In this document: piece by piece, positions 1 to 10,529 of the stretch
How the letters are laid out: each line of letters opens with the position of its first letter
Position numbering within the stretch: position 1 is the first letter of the stretch
Source of the DNA: Octopus sinensis
Lineage: Eukaryota
Direction: 5' to 3'
Assembly: GCF_006345805.1 (NCBI RefSeq)
Contig: NC_042997.1
Coordinates: forward strand, 50,964,001 to 51,028,000
DNA length: 64,000 bases
Translations under genes and position numbers: made by a program
The notes under the pieces: generated by a model
What the model saw: only the letters and a program-made list of their open reading frames with translations
Databases searched by the model: none
Told to the model about the DNA's origin: nothing

Positions 1-279
1 CAAATGGATTAAGTCGATTACATCGACCCCAGTGCGTAACTGGTACTTAATTGTTCTTAACAATGATAATGATAATAAATTTTCTAGTATAGGCACATGG
101 CCTAAAATTTTTGGGGGTGGTAGTAGTAATAATAATAGCAATAATAATAACTCTTGTGATTAACTGGTAGTTATTTCTTCGACCCTAAAAGGATGAAAGG
201 CAATGTAGACCCCAGAGTATTTGAACTAAGAATTCAAACCCGAAAAGAAATGCTACTAAGCATTTTGTCCAACATGGTA

Positions 280-297
280 ATAATAATAATAATAATA

Positions 298-350
<53 letters not shown>

Positions 351-612
351 ATAATAATAATAATAATGATAATAATAAGAATAATGATGATGATGATAAT
401 AATAATAATAATGATAATAATAATAATGATAATGATAATAATAATGATAATAATAATAATGATAATAATAATAATGATAATAATAAGGATAATGATGATG
501 ATAATAATAATGATGATGATGATGATGATAATAATAATAATAATAGCCCTACTCAATCATCATCCTAGCTGTAAATAAAATTACTATTATTATTATTATT
601 ATTATTATTATT
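280..612. repeat. Compound (ATA)n/(ATG)n/(ATT)n microsatellite
   Basis: Trinucleotide runs read directly; the poly-Ile/Met ORFs 185-556 and 366-578 are translations of it. Confidence 0.95.
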
Positions 613-1299
613 GACATCGGCATCACTCGACTTTTCTTCCCAAAAATGTTATTTCATTGCTAAGAATGTGCAAATGAAGTAAAAGACAAAAGAGACAGCA
701 AGACTGGTGCATGGGAGGGGCTGGGGCTGGGGAATAGGTGAGTGATCCTTCCCTCATCCTACCACACCTACTTTGTTGCAGGGTTTTATCGTATTTATTT
801 ATTGTTTTATTTTTAAAAAAGACGGAGTGCAGGGGAAGTGTGTGTGTGTGTGTGAAGGCACAAGAGAGCAGAGCAGAGATATGGAGTGTTTGTTTGAGAG
901 GAGGGGGTGTGTGATGAGGATTGGGGAAGGATGGAAGGCGAGAGGGTGTGTCCTCGTGCACAGATAACAAGCATCACCGTGCGACGACGCTGGTGTGGTC
1001 GGTGTAGCAGTGAGGGAATGGGAGGGGAGGTGGAGATGTGAGATAAGACGAGAGAGGATGAGGGATAGCACCTCGCCGCCCCGTACCTTTATAGCTGGAA
1101 ACAAATTTCAGTAATATCAGTAGTAGCAGTAGACAAGAGAGAAAATCACACATCTCCAATCAATGTGCACTCACTCGATCAAACAAGCAGATTCCTTCTC
1201 CTCTTCCTTCCCCCCTCTCTCATTTTCCGTGTTTGCTCATCTTGCACTTCCTCTTTTCTCCCTCTCTCTCTCACCATCTATCTGTCTGTCTGTCTACAG

Positions 1300-1331
<32 letters not shown>

Positions 1332-1364
1332 CGCTTGCTTTTACCTACCTTTTTAGTTCTGACA

Positions 1365-1935
1365 CTTGCATAAATAGAAGATACAAGCACGCGCAATAGA
1401 GCTCGCAGTGTCACTGTCTCCAGCACGTAGGGAAGTGACAACAACATCGTTAGCAACAATCACACAAAAACAACACACACACACATGCAAACTAAAGCAA
1501 AAAAAAATTATATATAATTATTTGTAAAGGAAAAAAAAAAGGAATGCATTTTAATCTTGTAGTTTCTGTTAACATTTTATTTTCTTAATCTCCACCTCCA
1601 CCTCCACCACCACTTCCACCCCATCCAACTCCGTGTGAATGCTATAAACAGGAGGATTCTGAGCGAACAAGTGGGAATTACTGCTTTCCAAAACAAAAGA
1701 CTGCAAAACAGCATCCAGCACCAACGTCACTCCGAAGAGATTCAGAAACAGTGACTTCATAAAAACCATTCTTGACTGGGAGGAAGCGCTATACAAAGGT
1801 GCATGACGAGAGACACTGGGGTGGATTATTCCAATACAGCAGCAGGAAGAGAAACAAAACAAAACCAAAACTAAGTCCTAACGGGGAAACTTAAGAAGTT
1901 GGAGAGAGTGGTGCTGTTTTCAGGTAAACAGGTAA
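1365..1935 (+). promoter_or_regulatory. Possible host promoter and non-coding first exon ending at a splice donor
   Basis: Non-TE sequence after GA/CT-rich tracts; CATAAATA near 1368; ends in CAG|GTAAAC and CAG|GTAAAT at about 1922-1935. No ORF support. Confidence 0.25.
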
Positions 1936-2659
1936 ATAAGAAAGATAAAATAGAAAAGAGTTGGTGAGTGTGATGCAGAACTGATAATTGATATCAAAGA
2001 CATTGGAAATTATTGAGAACGTAAGTTAGATTTTAATTATCATCTTTTCCAAATATTGTTCTTAATAGTCATTTACCCATCATTATTTTTATTAATATTT
2101 TATTAATATTTTCATCATAGTTGTTGTCATTATTATTATTATATTGGAAGGGGCAGCATGCAGTTGCAGAATTAAACACCTTACAGATTTCAATCACATT
2201 AAAAGACAAAAGAATCTTCTACCAAGGGAGTCAGTTTTTGCCTTTTGTCCTTCAGGGGTCGATAAAATAAGTTCCAGTAATGCATTAGGGAGAGTCACTA
2301 CAATGAAGTGCATGTCTCACCTGTGGCCTCATGTCACTGTCAGAAAGTCTTATTATCAAGCACTAGAAATGGTTAAGACAGTAGTCAACATGGTTAATTG
2401 CTTTGTAGCACTTTAGTTTTATCCCTCTACATTCTGTGTTCAAATATTACCAAAGCCAGCTTTGCCTATCATACCTCTAGGGCAAATAAGATTAGGAACC
2501 AGTTTATAATACATTTGGAATAAATTCAAGGAACTCTACCTTTTCATTTACAAAACTGTCCTTGTTATTAAGTCAAAAGAAAGCGCTTATTATATAATTA
2601 TCATTATTATTTATTTTTAAATAAATCAACATCATCCTCATCATTATTATTATTATCAT

Positions 2660-4130
2660 TATTGTAGCAAGCTGGCAGAATCTTTAGGAGTGTCAGAGAA
2701 AATGCTTAATGGTATTTGTTCCAGCTCTTTGCATTCTGAGTTCAAATCAGGTTGAGGTTGATTTTGCCTGTCATCCTCCTGGGGTTGATAAAATAAAGTA
2801 CCAGTTAAGTACTGGGGGTTAATGGTATCCACTAAAACCTTCCCTTGTACCTAAATCATCGTTATTATTGCTATTGTTGTTATTATTATTATTATTATTA
2901 TTACTATTATTATTATTAGTAAGGGAGTACACTGGCAGAATCGCTAGAGCATCAGGAATAAAAATGCCTAGCAGTGTAGTGTTTATTCTGACTCAATTCC
3001 TGCTTGAGTCAACTTTGCCTTTCTTCCTTTTATGCACAGTAAAATAACACGGCAGTTAAGTACTGGGGTTGGTGTAATCAACTTTCTCCCCCTAAAATTA
3101 CTGGCCCTGTGCCAAAATTTGAAAACAGTTGTTATTGCTATTAGGGTAGTGAATTAGTAGACAGAATCATTAGAGTATTGAAAGAAATAGCAGTGGTATT
3201 TCCTTTGACCCTTTACAATCTGAATTCAGATCTCACCAGGGTCAACTTTGCCCTTTCATTCCTCTGAGGTCAATAAAAATAAAGTATCAATCAAATACTG
3301 GGGGTCAATGGTATCAACTCCTCCCTTCCTTTCAAAACTGCTGGCCTTAGACTGGCAGGATTATTAGTGCCTGGTCTGGTTTTTTAATTCTCATTTCAGA
3401 TCTTAGTGAGGTCAGCTTTGTCTTTAATCCCTGCCAGAGTTGATAAACAGTGTACCAAAGCAACCAAGGGCCGAGATTAATGTAACTGTTGAACCTCACT
3501 CGCAAATTTCCGGCCTTGTGCTCATGTCAGAAACTATTATTATTATTTTGCCCTGGAGGCAAATAAATAAAATCATTATTATTATAATTTGACCCCGGTC
3601 GAACCGTCCAACCCGTGCTAGCAAGGAAAACAGATGTTTGATGATGATGATGATTATTATTATTATTATTATTATCATCATCATCATTGTAGTGAACTGG
3701 CAGAACCATAAGCATACTGGAGAGAATGCTTAATGACATTTCTTCTGTCTTTGTGTTTTGAGCTCAAATTCCGCTGAGGTCGACTTTGCCTTTCATCCTT
3801 TTGAGGTCGGTAAATTAGGTACCAGTGAAACATTGGGGTTGATGTAACTCCCCCAAAATTTCAGGCCTTGTGCCTTTAGTAGAAAGGATTATTATTATTA
3901 TTATTATTATTATTATTGCAGTGAGTTAGCAGAACCATCAGCATACTAGAGAGAATGGTTAAAGGCATTTCTTGTTTATGTTCTGAGCTCAAATTCCACT
4001 GAGGTTGACTTTGCTTTCCATCTTATTAGGAGTTGATAAATTAAGTATCAGTTGAGCACTGGGGACAATGAAATCAACTCGCTCCCTCACCCCAAAATTT
4101 CAGGCCCCTGTGACTGTAGTAGAAAGAACT
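2660..4130 (+). mobile_element. Head-to-tail cluster of at least 6 diverged tRNA-derived SINE-A copies separated by (ATT)n
   Basis: Repeated GCAAGCTGGCAGAA (A-box-like), GAGTTCAAAT (B-box-like), GACTTTGCCTTTCATCC and AAGTACCAGTT at about 2665, 2930, 3145, 3350, 3690 and 3918. Confidence 0.85.
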
Positions 4131-4380
4131 GAGAGGTTACAGCTGTAAAAAAAAAACAGGTAATATAAAAGGAGAGGGAGCTCTCTACCCCTTTTGACCA
4201 GGCTCCTGTGGTTTTTATGGGTTTTTTCCATGAGTAACTTTTTGAAGCGCCTCCTCCTATTGGGAGATTTTATTTGTTATAGTTTTCGCAAAACCCCTTG
4301 TACTTTTCGTCCTGTGTTTGTCCTTACATGTTTTTTTTTATTTATGTTAGCCCTTGTGGCCAATAAAACAAGAATTAATT

Positions 4381-4975
4381 ATTATTATTATTATGTTTCC
4401 AATTGATTCATGTCAGCAACTGCACCACCTGGTGTACCTATACATTCCTTAGGTGTACGCAGCATTTTCTTTTAAAGGAAAAGAAATTGTGTTTCTATGC
4501 TGCATCTGTTTTAATTTGTGCCAGAATTTGTAGCATTGTGTCCTGTTGTTACGTTAATGTTTCATCTATTTGTTGTATAGAGTATGTGCTACGTGAGTTG
4601 TGATATTCAGTTGGAAGCTGATTGTTTAGTGTATATGCTGTATGTTGTATTGCTTGTGTTGTGTGTTACAGTTCTGAGTGGTTATTGTGTAGCAGTTGTG
4701 TTGTATGTGTGTGCTACAGTCTTATGTTGTGAGCAAGTAGAATGTATTGCGATGGTTATGTTGTGCATGTGTTTTACAGTGTTAGGTGGTGAGTTTATAG
4801 AAAATGCTATGTCAGTTTTGTTGTGTGTTAGGATGTGATTGTGTAGAATGTGTTGTGTTAAGTAATTGTCATGTAGAATTTGTGCTATGCCGGTTGCCTT
4901 ATGTGTTTTACTGTCAGATACCGATTGAGCAGGGTAAGCATTGTGTTGGTTGAGTAATTTATTGGGGGCGGCTAC
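4381..4975 (-). mobile_element. 3' UTR fragment of a CR1/L2-like LINE with a (TAA)n tail
   Basis: Minus strand ends GGTGGTGCAG...CATG...GGAAAC(ATA)n, resembling the 3' terminus of the other CR1/L2-group LINEs in this window. Confidence 0.45.
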
Positions 4976-5002
4976 AGTGTTTTATTACCATTATAATTCT
5001 TA

Positions 5003-5490
5003 TCAAGGTGGCAAGCTGACAGAATCATTAGCTCACCAGGTGAAATGCTAAGCGGTATTTTGTCCATAGGCACATTCTGAGTACAAATGCTGCCTGGGTT
5101 GACTTTGCCTTTCATCCTTTTGGGGGTCGAGAAAATAAGTACCAGTTGAGTACTGGGGTCAATGTAAGTGACTATCCCCTTCCCCAAAATTTCAGGCCAT
5201 GTGCCTATAGTAGAAAGGATTATTATTATTATTATTATCATCATTATTATCATCATCATCATCATCATCATCAAGGTAGCAAGCTGGCAGAATTGTTAGC
5301 ATGCTGGGCAAAATGCTTCGCAGTATTTCGTCTGCTGTTACATTCTAAGTTCAAATTCCACTGAGGTTAACTTTGCCTTTCATCCTTTCAGGGTCAATAA
5401 AATTAGTACCAGTTACGCACTGGAGTTGATGTAATTGATTTAATCCCTTCTACCAAATTTGAGGCCCTACGCTTCCAATAGAAAGGATTA
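5003..5490 (+). mobile_element. Two tandem SINE-A copies
   Basis: A/B-box head and body as above at 5003-5220 and 5272-5490, each followed by (ATT)n. Confidence 0.85.
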
Positions 5491-5519
5491 TTATTATTAT
5501 TATTATTATTATTACTGGC

Positions 5520-5783
5520 CCGACTGGCCTCCGTGCCAGTGGCACGTAAAAAGCACCATCCGATTGTGGCCGTTTGCCAGCCTCATCTGGCAACTGTGCC
5601 GGTGGCACGTAAAAAGCACTCACTACACTCATGGAGTGGTTGGCGTTAGGAAGGGCATCCAGCCATAGAAACATTGCCAGATCAGACTGGGCCTGGTGCA
5701 GCCTTCTGGCTTCCCAGTCTCCAGTTAAACCATCCAACCCATGCTAGCATGGAAAGCGGACGCTAAACGATGATGATGATGAT
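5520..5783 (+). mobile_element. RTE-LINE 3'-end fragment
   Basis: Matches the 3' UTR at 25100-25304 (GGTTGGCGTTAGGAAGGGCATCCAG...CCATGCTAGCATGG) and ends in (GAT)n. Confidence 0.9.
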
Positions 5784-6339
5784 TACTGTTGCTATTGGAG
5801 TAAAGGAATTCATAGGAACTCATTTAGTACCATGAGGTACTGAGTTCAAATTATGCTAAGATAGAGTAAAAACTATTATTAATACCCAGTGGTAAAAAGC
5901 ACCCAGTACACTCTGTGAAGTTGTTGGCACTAGGAAGGGCATCCAGCTGTAAAAACCATGTCAAAGCAGGCATTGGAGCTTGATGCAGTCCTCTTACTCA
6001 CTGGCTCCTGTCAAACTGTCCAACTCATGCCAGCATGGAAGACAGATGTTAAACAATGATATAACTGCTGCTGCTACAGCTGATGATAATGATGTGGGGG
6101 AAATGACAGGTAGAATTGGTAAAGCAATAAGATTAACTACCTTGTGGTATTTAGTTATGTTACTTTACAGGAGTTCCAATCACAACAAGGTTAACTTCGC
6201 TATCCATCTTTCTAGAATTTCATAAAATTGCCAATCAAGAGCTGTGGTAGATACGACTGACCATCCACCCCTGTTGAAAAGTGATTTCAATGATTTCAAT
6301 GATTTGTATTAAGATTTTTGTAATTGTATCCTTATCTTA

Positions 6340-6642
6340 TATGTATTGAATTATAATGTATATATTTATGCTATTAAGGTTCTCGTTTTTGTTAATGAAT
6401 AAATAAGTCAACATTCTAATATCCGAAAGCTGATGAACCAACAAATTGTTTCTCCATTTTCTTATTTGTATTATATATATATATACGTATATATATATAT
6501 ATATATACATATATGAAAATATATATAGATATATGAATATATATATATATATATATATATATGAATATTTATATATATATGAATATTTATATATATACGA
6601 ATATTTATATATATATGAATATTTATATATATACGATATATA

Positions 6643-6710
<68 letters not shown>

Positions 6711-6730
6711 GAATATATATAGATATATAT
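6340..6730. repeat. Degenerate (TA)n array with GAATATTTATATATATAT subunits
   Basis: Read directly. Confidence 0.9.
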
Positions 6731-7344
6731 ATAAACTTAGATAAACTTAGATATGTTTCAACCAAAGATTGGTCCAGGCCATGTCTAACTTAATAGCACC
6801 ACCTGATAGGATTATTCGAATCCTGTTTAAGTCAAGTTTTGTTCAAGTAGTGAGTTCTTGTTGGGTGAGTTGTATCCAGTTTTGTTCAAGTAGTGAGTTC
6901 TTGTTGGGTGAGTTGTATCCAGTTTTGTTCAAGTAGTGAGTTCTTGTTGGGTGAGTTGTATCCAATTATGGGTGGCTTATCTGGTATTCTTTGAAGGAAT
7001 CTATCCAGACTCTGTTTGAAGTTGATGGGATCCTTTTCCTCTTTGATCTCCCTCGGGACAATGTTACATAGGGCAGGGCCTGTTGAGGAAAAGAAATTAT
7101 GTTGCAGTGTACGTGTATGTTGTGATCTTGAATTTGGCAGGGGACGTATAGCCCGTGGGACAAGTCTTGGATGAACCTTGAAGCTAATGTTTAGGTCGTT
7201 TGGGCAAAGTTGGCGGTATATTTTCCACATCGTACAAATGATGTACCGCTCACGGCGACACTGGAGGGAGTAAAGTTTCAAGGCTTTAAGGCGATCCCAA
7301 TAATCGAGAGCAGCCATGCCTTCAATTTGTTTAGTGAGAGCCCT
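6731..7344 (-). mobile_element. CR1/L2-group LINE 3' fragment (subfamily D): ORF2 C-terminus, 3' UTR and (TATCTAAGTT)n tail
   Basis: Translation ...DYWDRLKALKLYSLQCRRERYII..WKI..FKQSLDRFLQRIPDKP is homologous to the C-termini at 19413-20219 and 27040-27664. Confidence 0.8.
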
Positions 7345-7368
7345 ATGAAAATATATATAGATATATGA

Positions 7369-7400
<32 letters not shown>

Positions 7401-7426
7401 GAAAATATATATAGATATATGAATAT

Positions 7427-7458
<32 letters not shown>

Positions 7459-7975
7459 CATCGTCATCATCATCATCATCATCGTTTAACGTCCGTTCTC
7501 CATGCTAGCATGGGTTGGACGGTTCGACCGGGGATCTGGGAAGCCAGAAGGCTGCACCAGGCTCCAGTCTTATCTGGCAGTGTTTCTACAGCTGGATGCC
7601 CTTCCTAACGCCAACCACTCCGTGAGTGTAGTGGGTGCTTTTTACGTGCCACCTGCACAGGTGCCAGGCGAGGCTGGCAACGGCCACGGTCGGATTGGTG
7701 TATTTTATGTGCCACCGGCACGGAAGCCAGACGAGGCGGTGCTGGCATCGGCCATGAGTCGGATGGTGCTTCACGAGTCGGATGGTGTTTTTTACGTACC
7801 ACCAGACCAGGGATCCTGGCTGGTTCAATTCGATTTCGATTTCGCTTGCCCCAACATGTCTTCGCAAGCAAGGGGGTTGGCATGGGTGCCTGTTGTACGG
7901 TCACATTGGTGTATTTTACGTGCCACCGGCACGGAAGCCAGTGGAGGCGGCGCTGGCATCGGCCACGAGTCGGAT
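7459..7975 (-). mobile_element. RTE 3'-end fragment (subfamily shared with 46328-46718)
   Basis: (CAT)n tail at left, GGATGCCCTTCCTAACGCCAACC and about 55-bp GTGCCACCGGCAC repeats; near-identical reverse complement of 46328-46718. Confidence 0.9.
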
Positions 7976-7986
7976 ATATGAAAATA

Positions 7987-8047
<61 letters not shown>

Positions 8048-8053
8048 GAAAAT

Positions 8054-8131
8054 ATATTCCCTGGAGCGTAGGCGGGAAAGATATGCCATAATATACATCT
8101 GGAAGATCCTGGAGGGAAGTGTCCTGAACTT
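8054..8131 (+). mobile_element. Short CR1/L2 subfamily-B fragment
   Basis: CCCTGGAGCGTAGGCGGGAAAGATATGCCATAATATACATCTGG is nearly identical to 28078-28150. Confidence 0.8.
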
Positions 8132-8176
8132 ACTTGCATAATTCAAATGTCCGTGACTTCTTCAGTACATTCGGTC

Positions 8177-8754
8177 ATCGAGATGCAAACAGAAAAACTA
8201 ACCCCAGCTCTCTGTGTCAGGACAGACATGTGCTTAGTTCTACTGATTACATCGGGAATAAAATTTCAAATGTCTTGGTTCTGGCGCGCTAAGGAATTCT
8301 TGAAGCGAGGGGCTGCAGTGAATAATTCACTGCGGATATTGCTTACAACTAGGGAACGTATTTATTTAAATATTTAAATATTGAGGGAGGATCGTTGATG
8401 GTCTTCTTCTAGCATTCGGCCGGCTACCTAGCAGGCTATCCCTGCCAATATACACATATATTTGAATTTTCTCTGACTCCTCAGATTTTTGAATGCTAGA
8501 CTACTGGTTTTAAATTGATATTAAAATTAATATTAATTTATCTCCCTCAATATTTAAATATTTAAATAAATACGTTCCCTAGTTGTAAGCAATATCCGCA
8601 GTGAATTATTCACTGCAGCCCCTCGCTTCAAGAATTCCTTAGCGCGCCAGAACCAAGACATTTGAAATTTTATTCCCGATGTAATCAGTAGAACTAAGCA
8701 CGTGTCTGTCCTGACACAGAGAGCTGGGGTTAGTTTTGCTGTTTGCATCTCGAT
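8177..8754. mobile_element. Fold-back (MITE-like) element with 213-bp inverted repeats and a 152-bp spacer
   Basis: 8177-8389 is the reverse complement of 8542-8754, with 2 mismatches seen by eye. Confidence 0.8.
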
Positions 8755-10124
8755 CTATGTGTCCGCTGACAGGTATTTTGCGGTAATCAGGGTTTCTAAT
8801 TTGTGATTTATGCACCGCCATCCTGTTACGTAAGCTATTTTATGTATGGCCTATATACTGCCTATTGCAGCCTGCGCATGTTATGACGTAAATTAAGTTT
8901 TCTGATGCGCAGGTGAAGTTTGTTCTAATGGTGACTGGTGGCCTTGTTCCAGTATAAATTCTGATCCTTCTTTCAAGATGACACAGATTCCGCAGTTGGG
9001 CTTCCACATTTTCTAACTGCTGGTTTTGTGGTTGATGTTGAGTGCAGTGTAGCTTGGGTTAAAATCCTTTTCAAGGATTTTGGTTGCCGTTTAATTTTTA
9101 ATGATGGTGTGTGTTTCGAGGATCCGGTTCATCTTTGGGTCTCCCTTTAGTAGGGCTGTGCTTTGTAGTATGGTGTTGAAGGCCTCATTGTTGAGTGGGT
9201 TGTGTGTAGAGATGTAGGGAAGGGTTTTTGATTGTTCTTTCTTTTTTGGTTTTGTTTGTCTCAGGTCTTCTATACTTAATTTAAGTACCCGTTGGATTGC
9301 ACTGTCTATTAGGGGCTCTGGATAGTTTCTATTTGTGAGTGTGGTTCTAAGTTCCTGGAGACATGTGTGTCGGGTGTTTGTGTCTGATATTATGGTGCAA
9401 ATCCTTCTAGCTAAACAAAAAGGGACATTCATTCTAGTGTGTCGTGGGTGGCATGAATCAAAGGGTAGGTACTGTTTAGAGTCTGTCGGTTTATAGTAGA
9501 TATCTGTCTCTATTTTGTTGCCGGTTTTCTTAATGAGGATGTCTAAAAATGGTAATTCTTTTTCGTTGTGGTCCATCGTGAATTGTATATTGTCATTTAT
9601 TCCATTTAATAGAATTTTAAATTCCTCAAGTTTCTCTATGCCTTTGTCCCAGATGATGAAACAGTCATCGAGGTATCTTTTCCAGTTGTTATGGATATAG
9701 GTGGCGAAGGTGTTTCCATATTTCTCGAGTGTCATCCGGTATAGTATTTTCTCGAGGTATCCCATCACTAGGTTGGCAAAAGATGGTGCAGTACGCGTGC
9801 CCATCGCTATTCCCGATCTTTGCCTGTAGAAATCATTGTCAAAAATAAAATAATTGTTCTCTAAAATGAATCTAAGTCCTTCTATTATAAGGTCTTTGTT
9901 ATGCGAGTTGGGAGTTCAAAGGGGTAGTTATTCAGCCAGAAGGTGATTGCTTCTATTCCTAGGTTGTGAGGGATGTTAGAATAAAGATTAACTACGTCGA
10001 ATGATACTAGAAGGGTTTTCTCATTGACTGTTTTAGGGAGGTGGTTGAGCATATCTATATCGTCTCTTACGTAGCTTTTGATGTGTTTTAGAAAGGTTTA
10101 AGAAGTGTGTCTAAGAATTTGCTG
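8755..10124 (-). pseudogene. Penelope-like element ORF: reverse transcriptase and truncated GIY-YIG endonuclease, frameshifted
   Basis: Motifs SFDVVNLYSNIP, GIAMGTRTAPSFANL, RYLDDCFIIW, YYKPTDSKQYL..SCHP; continues after frameshifts into GIY-YIG sequence at 9000-8755. Confidence 0.9.
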
Positions 10125-10130
10125 GGAAGG

Positions 10131-10529
10131 CCCAACTGCGGAATCTGTGTCATCTTGAAAGAAGGATCAGAATTTATACTGGAACAAGGCCACCAGTTCA
10201 CCATTAGAACAAACTTCACCTGCGCATCAGAAAACTTAATTTACGTCATAACATGCGCAGGCTGCAATAGGCAGTATATAGGCCATACAAAAAATAGCTT
10301 ACGTAACAGGATGGCGGTGCATAAATCACAAATTAGAAACCCTGATTACCGCAAAATACAGGTCAGCGGACACATAGATAGATGTGCTGGAAATGTAAAT
10401 CCGAAATTTACAACTAACCCGCTCTATAAATTCAGTGACAACGCAACCTTCACACAACGCCAAAATAAAGAACTGTATTTCATAAAAAAATTTAGACAAA
10501 GTTTAAACACCCTGGGCCAGGAATATTAA
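10131..10529 (+). CDS. GIY-YIG endonuclease of the Penelope-like element (inverted 3' copy)
   Basis: NLIYVITCAGCNRQYIGHTKNSLRNRMAVH...GHIDRC, typical of PLE GIY-YIG; about 98% identical to the reverse complement of 8755-9000. Confidence 0.85.
   Translation, partial: PNCGICVILKEGSEFILEQGHQFTIRTNFTCASENLIYVITCAGCNRQYIGHTKNSLRNRMAVHKSQIRNPDYRKIQVSGHIDRCAGNVNPKFTTNPLYKFSDNATFTQRQNKELYFIKKFRQSLNTLGQEY

Noticed and set aside
1421-1432. TACGTGCT (hypoxia-response-like) on the minus strand near the putative promoter
   Set aside because: A single 8-mer is expected by chance in 64 kb and has no supporting context.
8131-8176. Minus-strand CTGAAGA-A-GTC-ACG-GAC as a hammerhead
   Set aside because: No GAAA follows the stem and there is no stem III or cleavage triplet.
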